A stretch of 64,000 bases of DNA from Acidimicrobiia bacterium (GCA_965203555.1 CBDBCY010000004.1:512001-576000); one strand, 5' to 3'; positions 20,371-32,928 are shown, counted from the stretch's first letter. Notes: generated by a model from the sequence alone, not told the origin. Made by a program: numbers and translations.

Positions 20371-21054
20371 CAGGAAGTAATTAGCCTTACGAGGTGGTTC
20401 TCGCAGATTCACACGGAATATCCTCCGTGATACTTGGGAACACCGCTCAGAGAGCGACAACCTTCGCCTACGGGGCTGTTACCGTCTGCGGCCCGGCTTT
20501 CCATCCGGGTTCGGCTGATCGCCGCCTTTGTAACTCTGTGACGGCGCCGACGCACCGTCCAGCGGGTCCCACTACCCCCCCGCAGCAACGCCGTCGGGCT
20601 TTCATACACTGCAGAGGTTTGGGCTGATCCCGTTTCGCTCGCCGCTACTCAGGGATTCGCTATTGCTTTCTCTTCCTCGGAGTACTTAGATGTTTCAGTT
20701 CCACCGGTTCCCTCTACCGGTCCTATGTGTTCAGACCGGAGTGACTGGGCATGACCCCAGCCGGGTTTCCCCATTCGGACATCCCCGGGTCGAAGCTTGC
20801 TTGACAGCTCGCCGGGGCTTATCGCAGCCTGCCACGTCCTTCGTCGGCTCCTGGCGCCAAGGCATCCACCGATGACCCTTGGTAGCTTGGACAGAGAATC
20901 CAAGACAATTTGCTTGTTATGAAACTTTCAAGGTGCCAGTGGAGGTCACCCGTGCCAACGTGGGCGGCGGGCTCCCTCACAGCTGAATAGTGCGCCCGAG
21001 CCGCTTGCGCGGCCCGAGTAACCGGTGACCAAGTGAGAGCATTGTTTGCTCCTT

Positions 21055-22571
<1,517 letters not shown>

Positions 22572-22801
22572 ACACTTTTTGGGAGCGGGTCGCCCCGCTC
22601 GTGTGGTGTCAATTATGTGAGTTTGCATCCATTGTTTAAGGGGTCCCGGGCCACATGAGGTGACCCGAGCTCTTTGTGGATGCCACCGACCCATCCCAAG
22701 AGGCGTGAGGCCCAGGGGTGGATCGGCGCATACCGGCTTTTGGCACACTATCCAGTTGTCAAGAAGCCCGCAGGGGTTCTCCCGAAGTATCGGGCCTCTG
22801 A

Positions 22802-22830
22802 ATGATAGACACCCCCGCTAGCAAAGTCCA
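22802..22830 (-). promoter_or_regulatory. Putative rrn promoter; boxA-like site and processing stems downstream
   Basis: TGGACT-17 bp-TATCAT on the minus strand. boxA-like GCTTCTTGACAAC at about 22755-22767. Leader ACAACUGGAUAGUGUGCC can pair with ITS GGCGCACUAUUCAGCUGU (about 20979-20996). Confidence 0.6.
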
Positions 22831-22832
22831 AA

Positions 22833-24023
22833 TCAATTTCGGAGAAAAACCGACCTTCGCTTGCCCACCGTGAGAACTTTTTTTACCAACAATTCCCGCC
22901 CGACCTCATAGCCCCGAAGTGGCTTGCCGTCAATCCTGACCGCCCCCGCGTCTATCAGACGCCTGCCCTGGCTGGCTGAGGGCGCCAGCTGTGCCGACCT
23001 GAGCAATCCCGGCAGATATACCGGATCGTCGGCGGGAAGAGTGTGAGGGGGAGCGTCCCGGGGGACTTTCCGGTACTTGAACCGGCGGTCGAAATCCGCT
23101 TCGGCGGCGTTCGCCTCCCCCTCTCCCCAGTAGAGGGAGACGATTTGTTTCCCCAACAGCCTTTTGGCGGTGGCCGGATGCAGGCGTCCGTCATCGATCT
23201 GTTCGAGGATCCCGTTCACTTGCTCAACCGGTCGATCGGCCGCCAGCCGGAACCACTCTCCTAGAAGGTGATCGGGGATGGACATGGTCTTGCCGAACAT
23301 CTCGGACGCCGGTTCCGTCACTCCTATGTAATTGCCCAGCGACTGTGACATTTTTTGGCGGCCGTCGATGCCGGTGAGAAGCGGCATGGTGAGAGCAACC
23401 TGTGGCTTCTGTCCGTAGCGGGTCTGGATGATCCGACCCATCATCAGGTTCCACAACTGGTCCGTACCGCCCAACTCCACGTCCGCTTCAACCGCCACCG
23501 AGTCGTAACCCTGCAGCAGCGGATACAGAAACTCCAGAATCGAGATGGGAGTTTGCTCCGAGAAGCGATCGGCGAAGTCGGAACGCTCCAGCATCTGCGC
23601 CACCGTCACCGTCGAGGCGAGTTCCAGAATCTCGGTCATGTCCAAGGACTCCAGCCACTCCGAGTTCCAACGGATCTCCAGGGGTTCGGGGAGCAGCACC
23701 GAGCGGAATTGGTCCAGCAGCGGTTCGGCGTACGAACGGACCTCATCGGCGGTGAGGCGGCGGCGGGTCTGGCTCTTTCCGCTCGGGTCACCCACCCGGG
23801 CCGTGAAGTCCCCCACGATCAGCACGGCGGTGTGACCCAACTCCTGGAAGTGGCGGAGTTTTCGCAGCACCACCGCCCATCCCAGGGTGACCATGGGTGC
23901 GGTGGGGTCGAGGCCCAGCTTGATGCGAAGAGGGCGGCCGCTGTCCAGCAATTCTTCAAGACCTCCCGGCGGCAAGACCGTGTCGGCGCCTCGGAAGGCC
24001 AGGTTGAGATCTCTCGAAGTCAT
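22833..24023 (-). CDS. tyrS: Tyrosine--tRNA ligase
   Basis: KLGLDPTAP, YPLLQGYDS, GGTDQ, KMSQS and C-terminal S4 domain. Confidence 0.95.
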   Translation of the reverse strand: MTSRDLNLAFRGADTVLPPGGLEELLDSGRPLRIKLGLDPTAPMVTLGWAVVLRKLRHFQELGHTAVLIVGDFTARVGDPSGKSQTRRRLTADEVRSYAEPLLDQFRSVLLPEPLEIRWNSEWLESLDMTEILELASTVTVAQMLERSDFADRFSEQTPISILEFLYPLLQGYDSVAVEADVELGGTDQLWNLMMGRIIQTRYGQKPQVALTMPLLTGIDGRQKMSQSLGNYIGVTEPASEMFGKTMSIPDHLLGEWFRLAADRPVEQVNGILEQIDDGRLHPATAKRLLGKQIVSLYWGEGEANAAEADFDRRFKYRKVPRDAPPHTLPADDPVYLPGLLRSAQLAPSASQGRRLIDAGAVRIDGKPLRGYEVGRELLVKKVLTVGKRRSVFLRN

Positions 24024-24213
24024 GAGTTAATCCCGAGAATCTAACCGAGAAAAGGAAACCTCCATAAAGCAGGCGGAAAGGACCACAAGAGGAAGATCCC
24101 GTTCCCATAAATCCCCCGAAACGTAACCGACCAGACAGGACCAGCAAGTCCGCGCCTTTGTGAAAGCACACAACCGCCAAGCAGCATGCATGTCAAGGCC
24201 GGGTGCTGCTTCG

Positions 24214-26868
24214 TCAGGCTGACAATCTGACCACCCTGGCATTGCCCACATGGGCGTAACGGCCGGGAGTGCAGGTCAGGATGATGATCTGGCACTGCCT
24301 GCCCGCGGCCCCTATGGCGGCGCCCATTCGTGACAGACGCTCGGGATCGCTCCACCCCAGCGCGTCGTCGACTATCACGGGAGCTCCCCCGCCGTCGGGA
24401 CTTACGATGGCCGCGCACGCCAGTCGGCTCAACAGACCCAGCTGTTCGCGGGCGCCGGCGCTCAGTTGATCGACCTCCAGGGTGACGCCGTCCAGGGTAC
24501 GGCGGACCACCTCCAGATCGTCGCCCACTTCGACCCCGAATCCGGAACCGAACACGATCCGCCCGAATTCCTCGATACGTTCGACGAGAGGGGCGTGGTA
24601 GCGCAGCCGGCTCTGTTGTCGCCGCGCCGCGAACTTGGCATAGAGCAACTTGGCGGCGTGGGCGCGCGCTTGCAGGCGCTCGTGCTGACGCTGGAGGCGC
24701 CTCATCCGGCGCTCCGCTTCACCGAGGCGCGTGTACAGTCCCTCTTCCCCCCGCAGTTTCAGGCTGGCACGCAGCTCCCTTTCTTCCTCCCGGTTGTCCC
24801 GCAGCTCTCCGACCGCCCGCCGGCTGGCGGCCCGGGCATTGTCGAGCAGCACCTGGACGGAGTCGGGATCGGCGGCCCTCAAGTCCTCTCTGGCCCGTGC
24901 CAGGGAGCCGGAAGCCCCATCGACCCGGTCCTCCGCCGACCGGAGATCACCTTCCAACTGGGAGTCCGAGCGTTCCTCCCTGGCCCGCCGGAGCAAGCGT
25001 TCGGCCTCTTCCACGGCGTGCCGACCGTCCTCGATCCGCACTTCCAGGGTGGCCTTGCGTAGTTCCTGCTCGGAGCGTTGCCCGGATGCAGACTCCAGGT
25101 CGGCCTGCAGCATCCGGTACTCATCCCGGCGTTCGGCAAGCAGGTCCTTCCTCTCCGCGGCAATCTGCTTGGCTTCCTCGTAGCTGGAGGGCAGGAGCGG
25201 ATCGGAAGGTCGCTGGGCCGCGTAGCCATCGATCCGCCGGCCAATCTCCTTGATCTTTTCCTGCATGACCTCGGGGGTGAGATCACGCAGATCGCGCCTT
25301 ATGGCATCGACCGCCTCCTGACGGGTCCGCTCGGCTTCCCTGCGGTCGGCCACCGCCCGGCGAGCCGCGGCGAGATCGGAGACCCCGCCGGAAGCGCACA
25401 GGTTGCGCAACTCTTCCCGGGCACGGTTCAACTCGGTCGCCAGGTTCCGGGACTCGGGCCCGGCCTGGATCCGCAGCTCCGCCACTCCGGGCGCCAGGAA
25501 TACCATCTCCCGGGTCACCACTCCCCTGATATCTTCGCCGGCGCCGAATGTCACCCCCTCACCGTCGATCCGCATGGAGATCTCGGACAGGGCGGTCCCG
25601 GCCAGCTGCAATCCGGCACTGTACACCGCGCTGTCGGCTCGCACCACCGCCAGATGGGCCTCTTCGATTCTGGCCAGGAGGTTTTCGTCCATCCTGGCCG
25701 ACTGCAGATGGATCTCGGCATCCCTGAGGCTGTATTGAGCGGTGATGGTTCTCTGCCAGCGTTCTCGCAGTTGTTCGTAGTCGATCAGCGAGCGATGATG
25801 CTCGTGGTCCCCGCGGGCGACGCGGTGGTCGGCCTCGGCGGCGCGCAGCGCGCTTTTAGCCTCTTCCAGCGCCCTTTGAGCTTCCTGGCCGTGTGCGATG
25901 GCCGCCTCGATCAACGGGGCGGCCCGTCGAGCCTCCGCCTCCAGTTCGGCCAGTTCGGCGTTTCGAGAGTGGTGAGCGCTCACCAGATCACCACGGCGGC
26001 GTTGCTGGCTGACAATGCGGTGCCTGAGCGCCGTGGCCTCACGGTGGGCGCTTTCGTAACGTTCCACCTCGCCGCGCAGTCGCTCGGCCGCAGCTTGGCG
26101 GTTCTCCAGGTCTTGTTCGGCGCGATCGCACTCATCGCGGATGCCCACCAGGCGGGCCCGGTCGGTGCGCAGGTAGGCGACCCTGGCGGCGTCCCGTTCG
26201 ATCTCCTGGAGTTGGCCTTCCAGTTCGGCCACCTTCTCCTGTGAGTCCTCGACCCTGCGACTCAACTCGCTCCGTGCCTGCTTCACCCGGCCGGTGGCGG
26301 TCCAGTACCTCTCGCGCTCATCGCAGATTCGTCGCCACAGGTTGTCCTCACCGTCACCGGTGGCGTCGCCACCGACCGCCATGTCCAGAGCATCGACCAG
26401 GGACCGCACGTTGAATGCCGGCATGACCAATTCACCATGCCGCTTGGCGCCGGTCCATTGCTCCACTCTCAACGCCCGCCACAGCTCATGATCGAGGGTC
26501 TCGTCGAGTATGCCCCTAACCCGATCGTGGGCCTCGCGTCCGGTGACCTGCTCTTGGCGCGGCGCCGTGATGTTAAGAGTGGTACGGGGACGTCTCAGCC
26601 ACCGCTTCCGGTACGCGAAGCGGTAGGCGCCTGTGGAGACTTCGATCTCCACCTCGGGGACCTCGTCCCGGTGCACCGGCCGGACGTTCTCAATCCGCTT
26701 GGCGCGGGAGGAGTCGAGCATTTCGAGAATCAGATCGACGGCCTCGGGTATGGAGGTCTTTCCTCTTTCGTTGGCGCCTTCGATGATCGTCACGCCCTCG
26801 GTGGGGAACTCCACGGTGTCGTCGACGACGCCGCGGTAGTTGCGCAGCCGCACCCGGTGGATTCTCAC
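24214..26868 (-). CDS. Rad50/SbcC-like coiled-coil ATPase (YhaN/Rv1278-type)
   Basis: Walker A GANERGKTS, long coiled coil, signature LSAGARE, Walker B VIVDD. Confidence 0.85.
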   Translation of the reverse strand: MRIHRVRLRNYRGVVDDTVEFPTEGVTIIEGANERGKTSIPEAVDLILEMLDSSRAKRIENVRPVHRDEVPEVEIEVSTGAYRFAYRKRWLRRPRTTLNITAPRQEQVTGREAHDRVRGILDETLDHELWRALRVEQWTGAKRHGELVMPAFNVRSLVDALDMAVGGDATGDGEDNLWRRICDERERYWTATGRVKQARSELSRRVEDSQEKVAELEGQLQEIERDAARVAYLRTDRARLVGIRDECDRAEQDLENRQAAAERLRGEVERYESAHREATALRHRIVSQQRRRGDLVSAHHSRNAELAELEAEARRAAPLIEAAIAHGQEAQRALEEAKSALRAAEADHRVARGDHEHHRSLIDYEQLRERWQRTITAQYSLRDAEIHLQSARMDENLLARIEEAHLAVVRADSAVYSAGLQLAGTALSEISMRIDGEGVTFGAGEDIRGVVTREMVFLAPGVAELRIQAGPESRNLATELNRAREELRNLCASGGVSDLAAARRAVADRREAERTRQEAVDAIRRDLRDLTPEVMQEKIKEIGRRIDGYAAQRPSDPLLPSSYEEAKQIAAERKDLLAERRDEYRMLQADLESASGQRSEQELRKATLEVRIEDGRHAVEEAERLLRRAREERSDSQLEGDLRSAEDRVDGASGSLARAREDLRAADPDSVQVLLDNARAASRRAVGELRDNREEERELRASLKLRGEEGLYTRLGEAERRMRRLQRQHERLQARAHAAKLLYAKFAARRQQSRLRYHAPLVERIEEFGRIVFGSGFGVEVGDDLEVVRRTLDGVTLEVDQLSAGAREQLGLLSRLACAAIVSPDGGGAPVIVDDALGWSDPERLSRMGAAIGAAGRQCQIIILTCTPGRYAHVGNARVVRLSA

Positions 26869-27989
26869 CGACTCTCCTTTATGAGCCGGCGCAACAGGAC
26901 CAGGGCATCACGGGCCGCCGGAGCATCCTCATCCTGCTGGGCCAACTCCCTGAGGTCCTGGACAGCCTGCCGGGCGAATCCAGAGACGCCGAATTCCTCG
27001 ACATCGGTCTCATCGGGCAATGGCAGCACACCCCGGTCGTCAACTTCGAGAGCGGCCAACGGGTCTTCATGGTCCTCCAGGAGTTCCGCGAGTCGCGCCT
27101 GCTGCTTCAGGGATACATAACCCTTCACACCCAGTCTGATGATGGTCCGCTCCTTGGGCCGCAGATCGGAGAGCCACTGGTCAAGAGCGTCGAGGTCGGC
27201 ATCGCCGGTGACTTCCCAGTCTCTGCCCAGGAATCTCCAGTCGCCCACTCTTCGGCCATCCACGTCGATCCAATCCGGACCGAGGCTGACCAGCAGAACA
27301 TGCCCCGGATCGACCTCCCTGAAGGCAGTGGGCTCCGGAGCCCCCGAATACCAAACCCGGCCGGTCTCCCCCACCTCGGTCTTGGAGTGGCGGTCCCCCA
27401 GCGCCACATAGTGAATCCAACCCGCCTCGAGTTTCTCCTCCAGTTCCGCCAGCGCTATCCGCGCCGGAAGGTGGTGACCGTGGGCAAACCGGTCGAGTTG
27501 ACCGTGACCGATGACGATTCGGATTCCTTCGGTGGGACCGAGCCTCTCGCAAGCCTGGTTCACGAGGTCGGCGCGAGGATCCTTGTTTCGCCACGGGGCG
27601 GGGATCAATTCCAACCCGGGGGAGACCTCCACCGGATGGGGATCCTCGAAAACCACCACGTTCTCGGGGCACTTGGCGGTGAACGTCGGAGACCGGAAGA
27701 CCGAAGAGGCGTCCAGGGGATCATGGTTGCCGGGCAGCAGGTAAAAGGTGACCTGGGGTGTCTCCGCCATCGCTTCAAGCGCTCGGATCACTATCTCTCG
27801 CTCCACATGATTGGACTCGAACACGTCGCCGCACACCAGAACGAACCCACACCTTTCCTCCGCGGCCAACGCGCCGATCCGCCGGATGACATCCACCCGG
27901 GCCTGGCTGAAGCGCGCCTGGGCTTCCCCCTCCAGGTAGTACCTGGTCATGCCGAGTTGCCAGTCGGCGGTGTGGAGAAACCTGATCAC
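26865..27989 (-). CDS. Mre11/SbcD-like metallophosphoesterase nuclease
   Basis: HTADWQLG, GDVFE, PGNHD, GHG, ALGDRH and YSGAPE. Confidence 0.9.
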   Translation of the reverse strand: MIRFLHTADWQLGMTRYYLEGEAQARFSQARVDVIRRIGALAAEERCGFVLVCGDVFESNHVEREIVIRALEAMAETPQVTFYLLPGNHDPLDASSVFRSPTFTAKCPENVVVFEDPHPVEVSPGLELIPAPWRNKDPRADLVNQACERLGPTEGIRIVIGHGQLDRFAHGHHLPARIALAELEEKLEAGWIHYVALGDRHSKTEVGETGRVWYSGAPEPTAFREVDPGHVLLVSLGPDWIDVDGRRVGDWRFLGRDWEVTGDADLDALDQWLSDLRPKERTIIRLGVKGYVSLKQQARLAELLEDHEDPLAALEVDDRGVLPLPDETDVEEFGVSGFARQAVQDLRELAQQDEDAPAARDALVLLRRLIKESR

Positions 27990-28387
27990 AACCGATGATT
28001 GTATCTCCTGGGCCTATCCCCAGTTGATCCAATTCACCAGGCGGTTGATGCACAGCATGAGCATCTACTTCCTGAACTACAACTTGCCCGCTCCCACCTC
28101 ACGCTCAAAGGTAAACCTCCGCCATGGCCGCAGGAATAACCGACCGCCGGTGGACACAAGATGACATCATCACCAGGGTCGTAGATCCATCCTGACCCGC
28201 ATCATCACATCAAAGTCGGGTGGGGGGAACCCACCACAGATTTTTCAAAGGCGTGACAGGAGCCACCTCTGGTGCAGACGGAACTTGCCGGCTCAAGCCA
28301 TTCATTACCAGGGACACGGCTACGGAGTTGAGCTCCTGGTGGCCAGTCACTGTCCTCCACTTGCTTGCTCTCCCGAGGTCAACAGCA

Positions 28388-29926
28388 TCATTGGCGCCGC
28401 TCGGCGGATTCCACCACTCGTTTGAGCAGTTGGCGCCAGATGACCGCATGCGGGATTAGAAGCGCCCACCAGTACAGCCGGCCGGCGATACCCCGGGGAT
28501 GGAATCTGGCCCGCTGTTCAAGGGTCGTCCCGCCGTGGCCGTCCTTGGCAGGTGAGACGCGCCACTCTAGCCACGCCTTCCCCGGGAGCTTCATCTCGGC
28601 TCGCAATCGCAGCAGACCGGACGGATCGCACACCTCTACACGGAAGAAGTCCAGGGCATCCCCCACGCGCAGCTCGTCGGGGTGCCTTCGCCCGCGCCGC
28701 ATGCCCACTCCACCCAAGAGCTTGTCGACCCACCCTCGGACGGCCCAAAGGCCGTTGGCAACGTACCAGCCGCGCCTGCCCCCGATGCCCGACACGGTTG
28801 CGAACACCTCACGGGGGGAGGCGGCGGTCGACTTGGACCTGACATCCTCAAAGACCGTGCCGCCGGCCCAACTCGGGTCCTGCGGCATGGGAAGAGCCGA
28901 GGTGCCCGTCGAGGCGCTGTCCATCCAACTGGTGGACACGTTGAGATCCTTCACATGGGAAAGGGCGTTGCGCAAACCCTCGTCCAACGAGAGAGGGCGG
29001 ACCTCACTGAGAAGCGCCATGTCCCGACCGTCCCCACCGACCACCACGTCGTTGCAGAGGCTGTCAACCAAAGGGCGGGCCAGTCCGATCGGGAGAGGAG
29101 TCACCAGATTCACCCAGTGCGACGACAGGCGAGGGGTGAGCAGCGGCACGGGGATCACCACACGCCTCCTGAGACCGGCCACCGCCGCATACCGCTGCAT
29201 CATCTCCCGGTAGGTGACCACCTCGGGTCCGCCGATCTCGATGATCCGATTCCGGTCGCTCGACACCTGAAGCGCAGCCACCAGGTAACGCAGCACGTCT
29301 GCAATGGCTATGGGCTGGCACCTGGTCCTGGTGACCCAGCGGGGGCACACCATGGCCGGAAGCACCTCGACGAGGTGCCGCAGCATTTCGAACGAGGCGC
29401 TGCCCGAACCGATGATCACCGCCGCTCGCAGTTCGGTGACCGGAACGGTCCCCGAAGCCAGCACGGTTCCCACCTCGTGGCGGCTGGCCAGATGATGAGA
29501 CAGCGCATCGGGATCGTCCTCACCCAGACCTCCCAGGTATATAAGGTGTTTCACACCGGCGTTCGCAGCCGCATCCCCGGTGTTGCGGGCGCCGGTGCGA
29601 TCGGCTTCCTGGAAATCCCGGGCATGACCCATGGCGTGCACCAGATAGTAGACGGCATCCAGCCCCACGAAACCAGACTCCAGCGATCGCTGATCCAGCA
29701 CATCAGCCTCCACTACCTCAACCTCGCCTCGCCAGGGGACCTGATCGAGCTTGTCGGGTGTTCGAGCCAGGCATCGAACCCGATGACCGTCCGCCAGGAG
29801 TTCCGGCACGAGCCGTCCACCCACATAACCCGTGGCGCCGATCACGCCGACCTTCAACATGATCGGCGCCTGGGACCCGGTGTTGTCGCGCCGGCGTGGC
29901 CGGACTATTGGATCTGCCATTTCCAT
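28388..29926 (-). CDS. Atypical SDR NAD(P)-binding protein with C-terminal DUF2867 (YbjT-like)
   Basis: GATGYVG, LRAAVIIGSGSASFEM, AEMKLPGKAWLEW and FHPRGIAGRLYW; TAGATT 7 nt before ATG 29926. Confidence 0.85.
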   Translation of the reverse strand: MEMADPIVRPRRRDNTGSQAPIMLKVGVIGATGYVGGRLVPELLADGHRVRCLARTPDKLDQVPWRGEVEVVEADVLDQRSLESGFVGLDAVYYLVHAMGHARDFQEADRTGARNTGDAAANAGVKHLIYLGGLGEDDPDALSHHLASRHEVGTVLASGTVPVTELRAAVIIGSGSASFEMLRHLVEVLPAMVCPRWVTRTRCQPIAIADVLRYLVAALQVSSDRNRIIEIGGPEVVTYREMMQRYAAVAGLRRRVVIPVPLLTPRLSSHWVNLVTPLPIGLARPLVDSLCNDVVVGGDGRDMALLSEVRPLSLDEGLRNALSHVKDLNVSTSWMDSASTGTSALPMPQDPSWAGGTVFEDVRSKSTAASPREVFATVSGIGGRRGWYVANGLWAVRGWVDKLLGGVGMRRGRRHPDELRVGDALDFFRVEVCDPSGLLRLRAEMKLPGKAWLEWRVSPAKDGHGGTTLEQRARFHPRGIAGRLYWWALLIPHAVIWRQLLKRVVESAERRQ

Positions 29927-30089
29927 AACCCCCAATCTAAGCGTCCTCACCTGTTGACGGCTGGAGGTTGATCGCCGCGGTCCGTCAGCGTGGTCGATAC
30001 AGACCTGACGGCCCAACTCCGCGTCCGATCCGCTCTCGGGCGTCCCCCGCGGCTACAACCGCGCCCCTCGTCGCGGTAGCCTTGTGGCC

Positions 30090-31706
30090 ATGCCGCATAT
30101 GATGGACGATTTCCCGCTACTTCTCTCCACCCTGTACGATCGGGCCGTGAGGCTGTTCCCCGATCAGCAGATCGTCTCAATCGAGTCCGACCGCTCGCTG
30201 ATCCGCACCTCCTATGCCGATACGGACGAACGGATCCGACGCCTGGCCACCGCCTTGGACCGGAAGCTCGGGGTGTCGCAGGGGCAAGCCGTAGGTACCT
30301 TCGCCTGGAACAACCAGCGTCACCACGAGCTCTACTGGGCCACCGCCAACACCGGCCGCATCTGCCATACGCTCAACATCCGCCTGTTCGCAGATCAACT
30401 CGTCTACATCATCAATCACGGCGAAGATCGAGTGGTCTTCGTCGATCCAGACCTCACCGCGCTGTTGGCGCCGATCGTTTCCGAATTGAAGACCGTGAAG
30501 GCATTTGTGGTTATGGGAGACGACGTCTCCGATTGCGGACTTCCCAACGCCATTGCCTACGAGGACCTGATTGCCGACGTGGAACCCCACGGCGCCTGGC
30601 CGGAATTGTCCGAGCGGTCACCGCACATGTTCTGCTACACCTCGGGCACCACCGGAGATCCCAAGGGAGTGGCCTATACCCAGCGCTCCACCTACATGCA
30701 TGTCGTCTCCAACCTGGCCACCGTGCACATCAGCCCCGCAGACAACGTGATGCCGATCGTGCCCATGTTCCACGCCTCGGCGTGGGGATATCCCTTCATG
30801 GCAACCACCCAGGGCTCCAAACTCACCTATCCCGGACCCGACCTGACTGCCGAGGCCCTGGTGCCGCTGATAGAGTCGGAGAGGGTGAGTTTCTCCGCCG
30901 GGGTGCCCACCGTGATGTTGGGCATGAAACAGTACCTGGAGGACTATCCCGGAACGGACATCTCCTCGCTTCAGGCCTTCCTGTGCGGCGGCTCGGCGGT
31001 TCCTCGTTCCCTGATCGAGTGGTTCTGGAAAGCTCAAAGGGTGCGGGTCATCCAGGGATGGGGCATGACCGAGACCAATCCCGTCGCCAGTGTCGCCCTG
31101 CTCAAACCCCACATGATGGACTGGGACTTCGATCGCCAGTTGGACATCCTGGAGACCGCCGGGCTGCCAACCGCCGGCCTGCAGGTCAAGATCGTGGACG
31201 ACGAGGGCCACCGGCTCCCCGAGGACGGCGAGGCGTTCGGGGAACTGCTGATCCGCGGCCCGTGGGTCACCGCAGAGTACTACAACGACCCCCGCACTCC
31301 CCAGTCGTTCCTGGACGGGTGGCTGCGCACCGGGGACGTGTGCAAGATCACCCCGGAAGGATATGTGCGGATCACCGACCGGGCCAAGGATCTGATCAAA
31401 TCCGGCGGGGAGTGGATCTCCTCGGTGGACCTGGAAAACCAACTGATGGCTCATCCGGAAGTGATGGAGGCAGCGGTGGTGGGCGCCAGGCACGACAAAT
31501 GGCAGGAGCGGCCGGTCGCCCTGGTGGTGACGAGGGAAGGGTCGGTGGTCACCGAGCCGGAACTGTTGGAGTTTCTCCGCCCGCATGTGGTGAATTGGTG
31601 GTTGCCGGACCGAGTGATCTTCATAGATGAGATTCCCAAGACCGGCACCGGCAAATTCGACAAGAAGGTGTTGCGAGACAAGCATTGGGAAGTGCTGTCG
31701 GGGTGA
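30090..31706 (+). CDS. Fatty-acid--CoA ligase (AlkK/DmdB-like)
   Basis: [38 protein letters not shown] and [10 protein letters not shown]. Confidence 0.9.
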   Translation: MPHMMDDFPLLLSTLYDRAVRLFPDQQIVSIESDRSLIRTSYADTDERIRRLATALDRKLGVSQGQAVGTFAWNNQRHHELYWATANTGRICHTLNIRLFADQLVYIINHGEDRVVFVDPDLTALLAPIVSELKTVKAFVVMGDDVSDCGLPNAIAYEDLIADVEPHGAWPELSERSPHMFCYTSGTTGDPKGVAYTQRSTYMHVVSNLATVHISPADNVMPIVPMFHASAWGYPFMATTQGSKLTYPGPDLTAEALVPLIESERVSFSAGVPTVMLGMKQYLEDYPGTDISSLQAFLCGGSAVPRSLIEWFWKAQRVRVIQGWGMTETNPVASVALLKPHMMDWDFDRQLDILETAGLPTAGLQVKIVDDEGHRLPEDGEAFGELLIRGPWVTAEYYNDPRTPQSFLDGWLRTGDVCKITPEGYVRITDRAKDLIKSGGEWISSVDLENQLMAHPEVMEAAVVGARHDKWQERPVALVVTREGSVVTEPELLEFLRPHVVNWWLPDRVIFIDEIPKTGTGKFDKKVLRDKHWEVLSG

Positions 31707-31712
31707 ACTCCG

Positions 31713-32090
31713 GTGCGTACCCTGGTTCAACTTCACACCTCCCTGGGTTGGTGGGTGGCCGGCGCCACCGGCCTGGTCGGTTTGTGGGGAGTGGCGCTGT
31801 CGGTCATGCGCCGGCCCCCGGGCCGCAGCTTCAACCGGGCGGTGGGGGCGGTGATCGCGGCCATGACCGCCCAGGTCCTGCTCGGCCTGGTCGCTTTGAA
31901 CCTCGACGCCGCCAGAATCGCCGGGAGCCAGCACATCTTCTACGGAGTCCTGGTGTTGTTCACGTTCGCCTTCGCATACATCTACCGGGCAACCCTGCGC
32001 CGCCGGCCCGCTCTGTATGTGGGCCTGCTACTGCTGTTCGTGATGGGACTGGGTATTCGGGGAATCTCCACCTTCGGGGGGTCGTTTTGA
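31713..32090 (+). CDS. Small four-helix membrane protein, function unknown
   Basis: Four hydrophobic segments; lies between the CoA ligase and fabI. Confidence 0.7.
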   Translation: MRTLVQLHTSLGWWVAGATGLVGLWGVALSVMRRPPGRSFNRAVGAVIAAMTAQVLLGLVALNLDAARIAGSQHIFYGVLVLFTFAFAYIYRATLRRRPALYVGLLLLFVMGLGIRGISTFGGSF

Positions 32091-32103
32091 GTGAGGTGAT
32101 GAC

Positions 32104-32928
32104 TTGACCATGTTTTTGGAAGGCAAGAGACTGCTGATAACGGGGATACTCACCTCCGATTCGATCGCTTGGCATGTGGCGCGCCTCGCCCAAGAGCAGG
32201 GAGCGGACATAGTGGCGACCGGTTTCGGAAGAGGAATCAGGATCACCCAACGTTCGGTCCGACGTCTCCCGAAGCCCTGCCCGGTATATGAACTCGACAT
32301 CAACCAACCCACCCATCTGGAAGCCATCGCCGCCGATTTGCAGGACAGGTGGGACGGGTTGGACGGGGCGCTTCATGCCATCGCCTTCGCTCCCGCAGAT
32401 GCCCTGGGAGGCAACTTCCTGACCGCTCCCGCCGAAAGCGCCGGAATTGCCTTCCAGACCTCGGCCTTCTCCTACAAGGCCCTGGCGGTGGGCCTACTAC
32501 CTCTCTTCCAGGCCGCCGGAGGAGGATCGCTGGTCACCCTGGACTTCGACAATTCCCAGGCTTGGCCCGCCTACGACTGGATGGGGGTGGCCAAAGCAGC
32601 CTTGGAAGCCGTCACCCGCTATCTGGCCCGGGACCTGGGACCCCACGGGATTCGGGTCAACGCGGTCTCCGCCGGCCCCCTCGGCACGGTGGCCGCCAAG
32701 TCGATTCCCGGGTTTTCGCTCTTCCAGGAGGTGTGGAACGACCGGGCCCCGCTCCGTTGGGATGCAAAAGACCCCGATGCGGTTGCCCGGATGGTGTGCC
32801 TGCTGCTTTCTGACTGGACCCCGATGACCACCGGGGAGATAGTCCACGTTGACGGCGGGTTCCATGCGGTGGCGGTGGGCGCCGGGAAGCCGTCGAGCGA
32901 TCCTGGGGCGGTCGAGGAAAACGAGTGA
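32104..32928 (+). CDS. fabI: Enoyl-ACP reductase (InhA-type)
   Basis: ITGILTSDSIAW, HAIAFAP, YDWMGVAK and VDGGFH. Confidence 0.92.
   Translation: MTMFLEGKRLLITGILTSDSIAWHVARLAQEQGADIVATGFGRGIRITQRSVRRLPKPCPVYELDINQPTHLEAIAADLQDRWDGLDGALHAIAFAPADALGGNFLTAPAESAGIAFQTSAFSYKALAVGLLPLFQAAGGGSLVTLDFDNSQAWPAYDWMGVAKAALEAVTRYLARDLGPHGIRVNAVSAGPLGTVAAKSIPGFSLFQEVWNDRAPLRWDAKDPDAVARMVCLLLSDWTPMTTGEIVHVDGGFHAVAVGAGKPSSDPGAVEENE

Noticed and set aside
20894-21054. tRNA in the 16S-23S spacer
   Set aside because: No cloverleaf; only processing stems and a boxA-like sequence.
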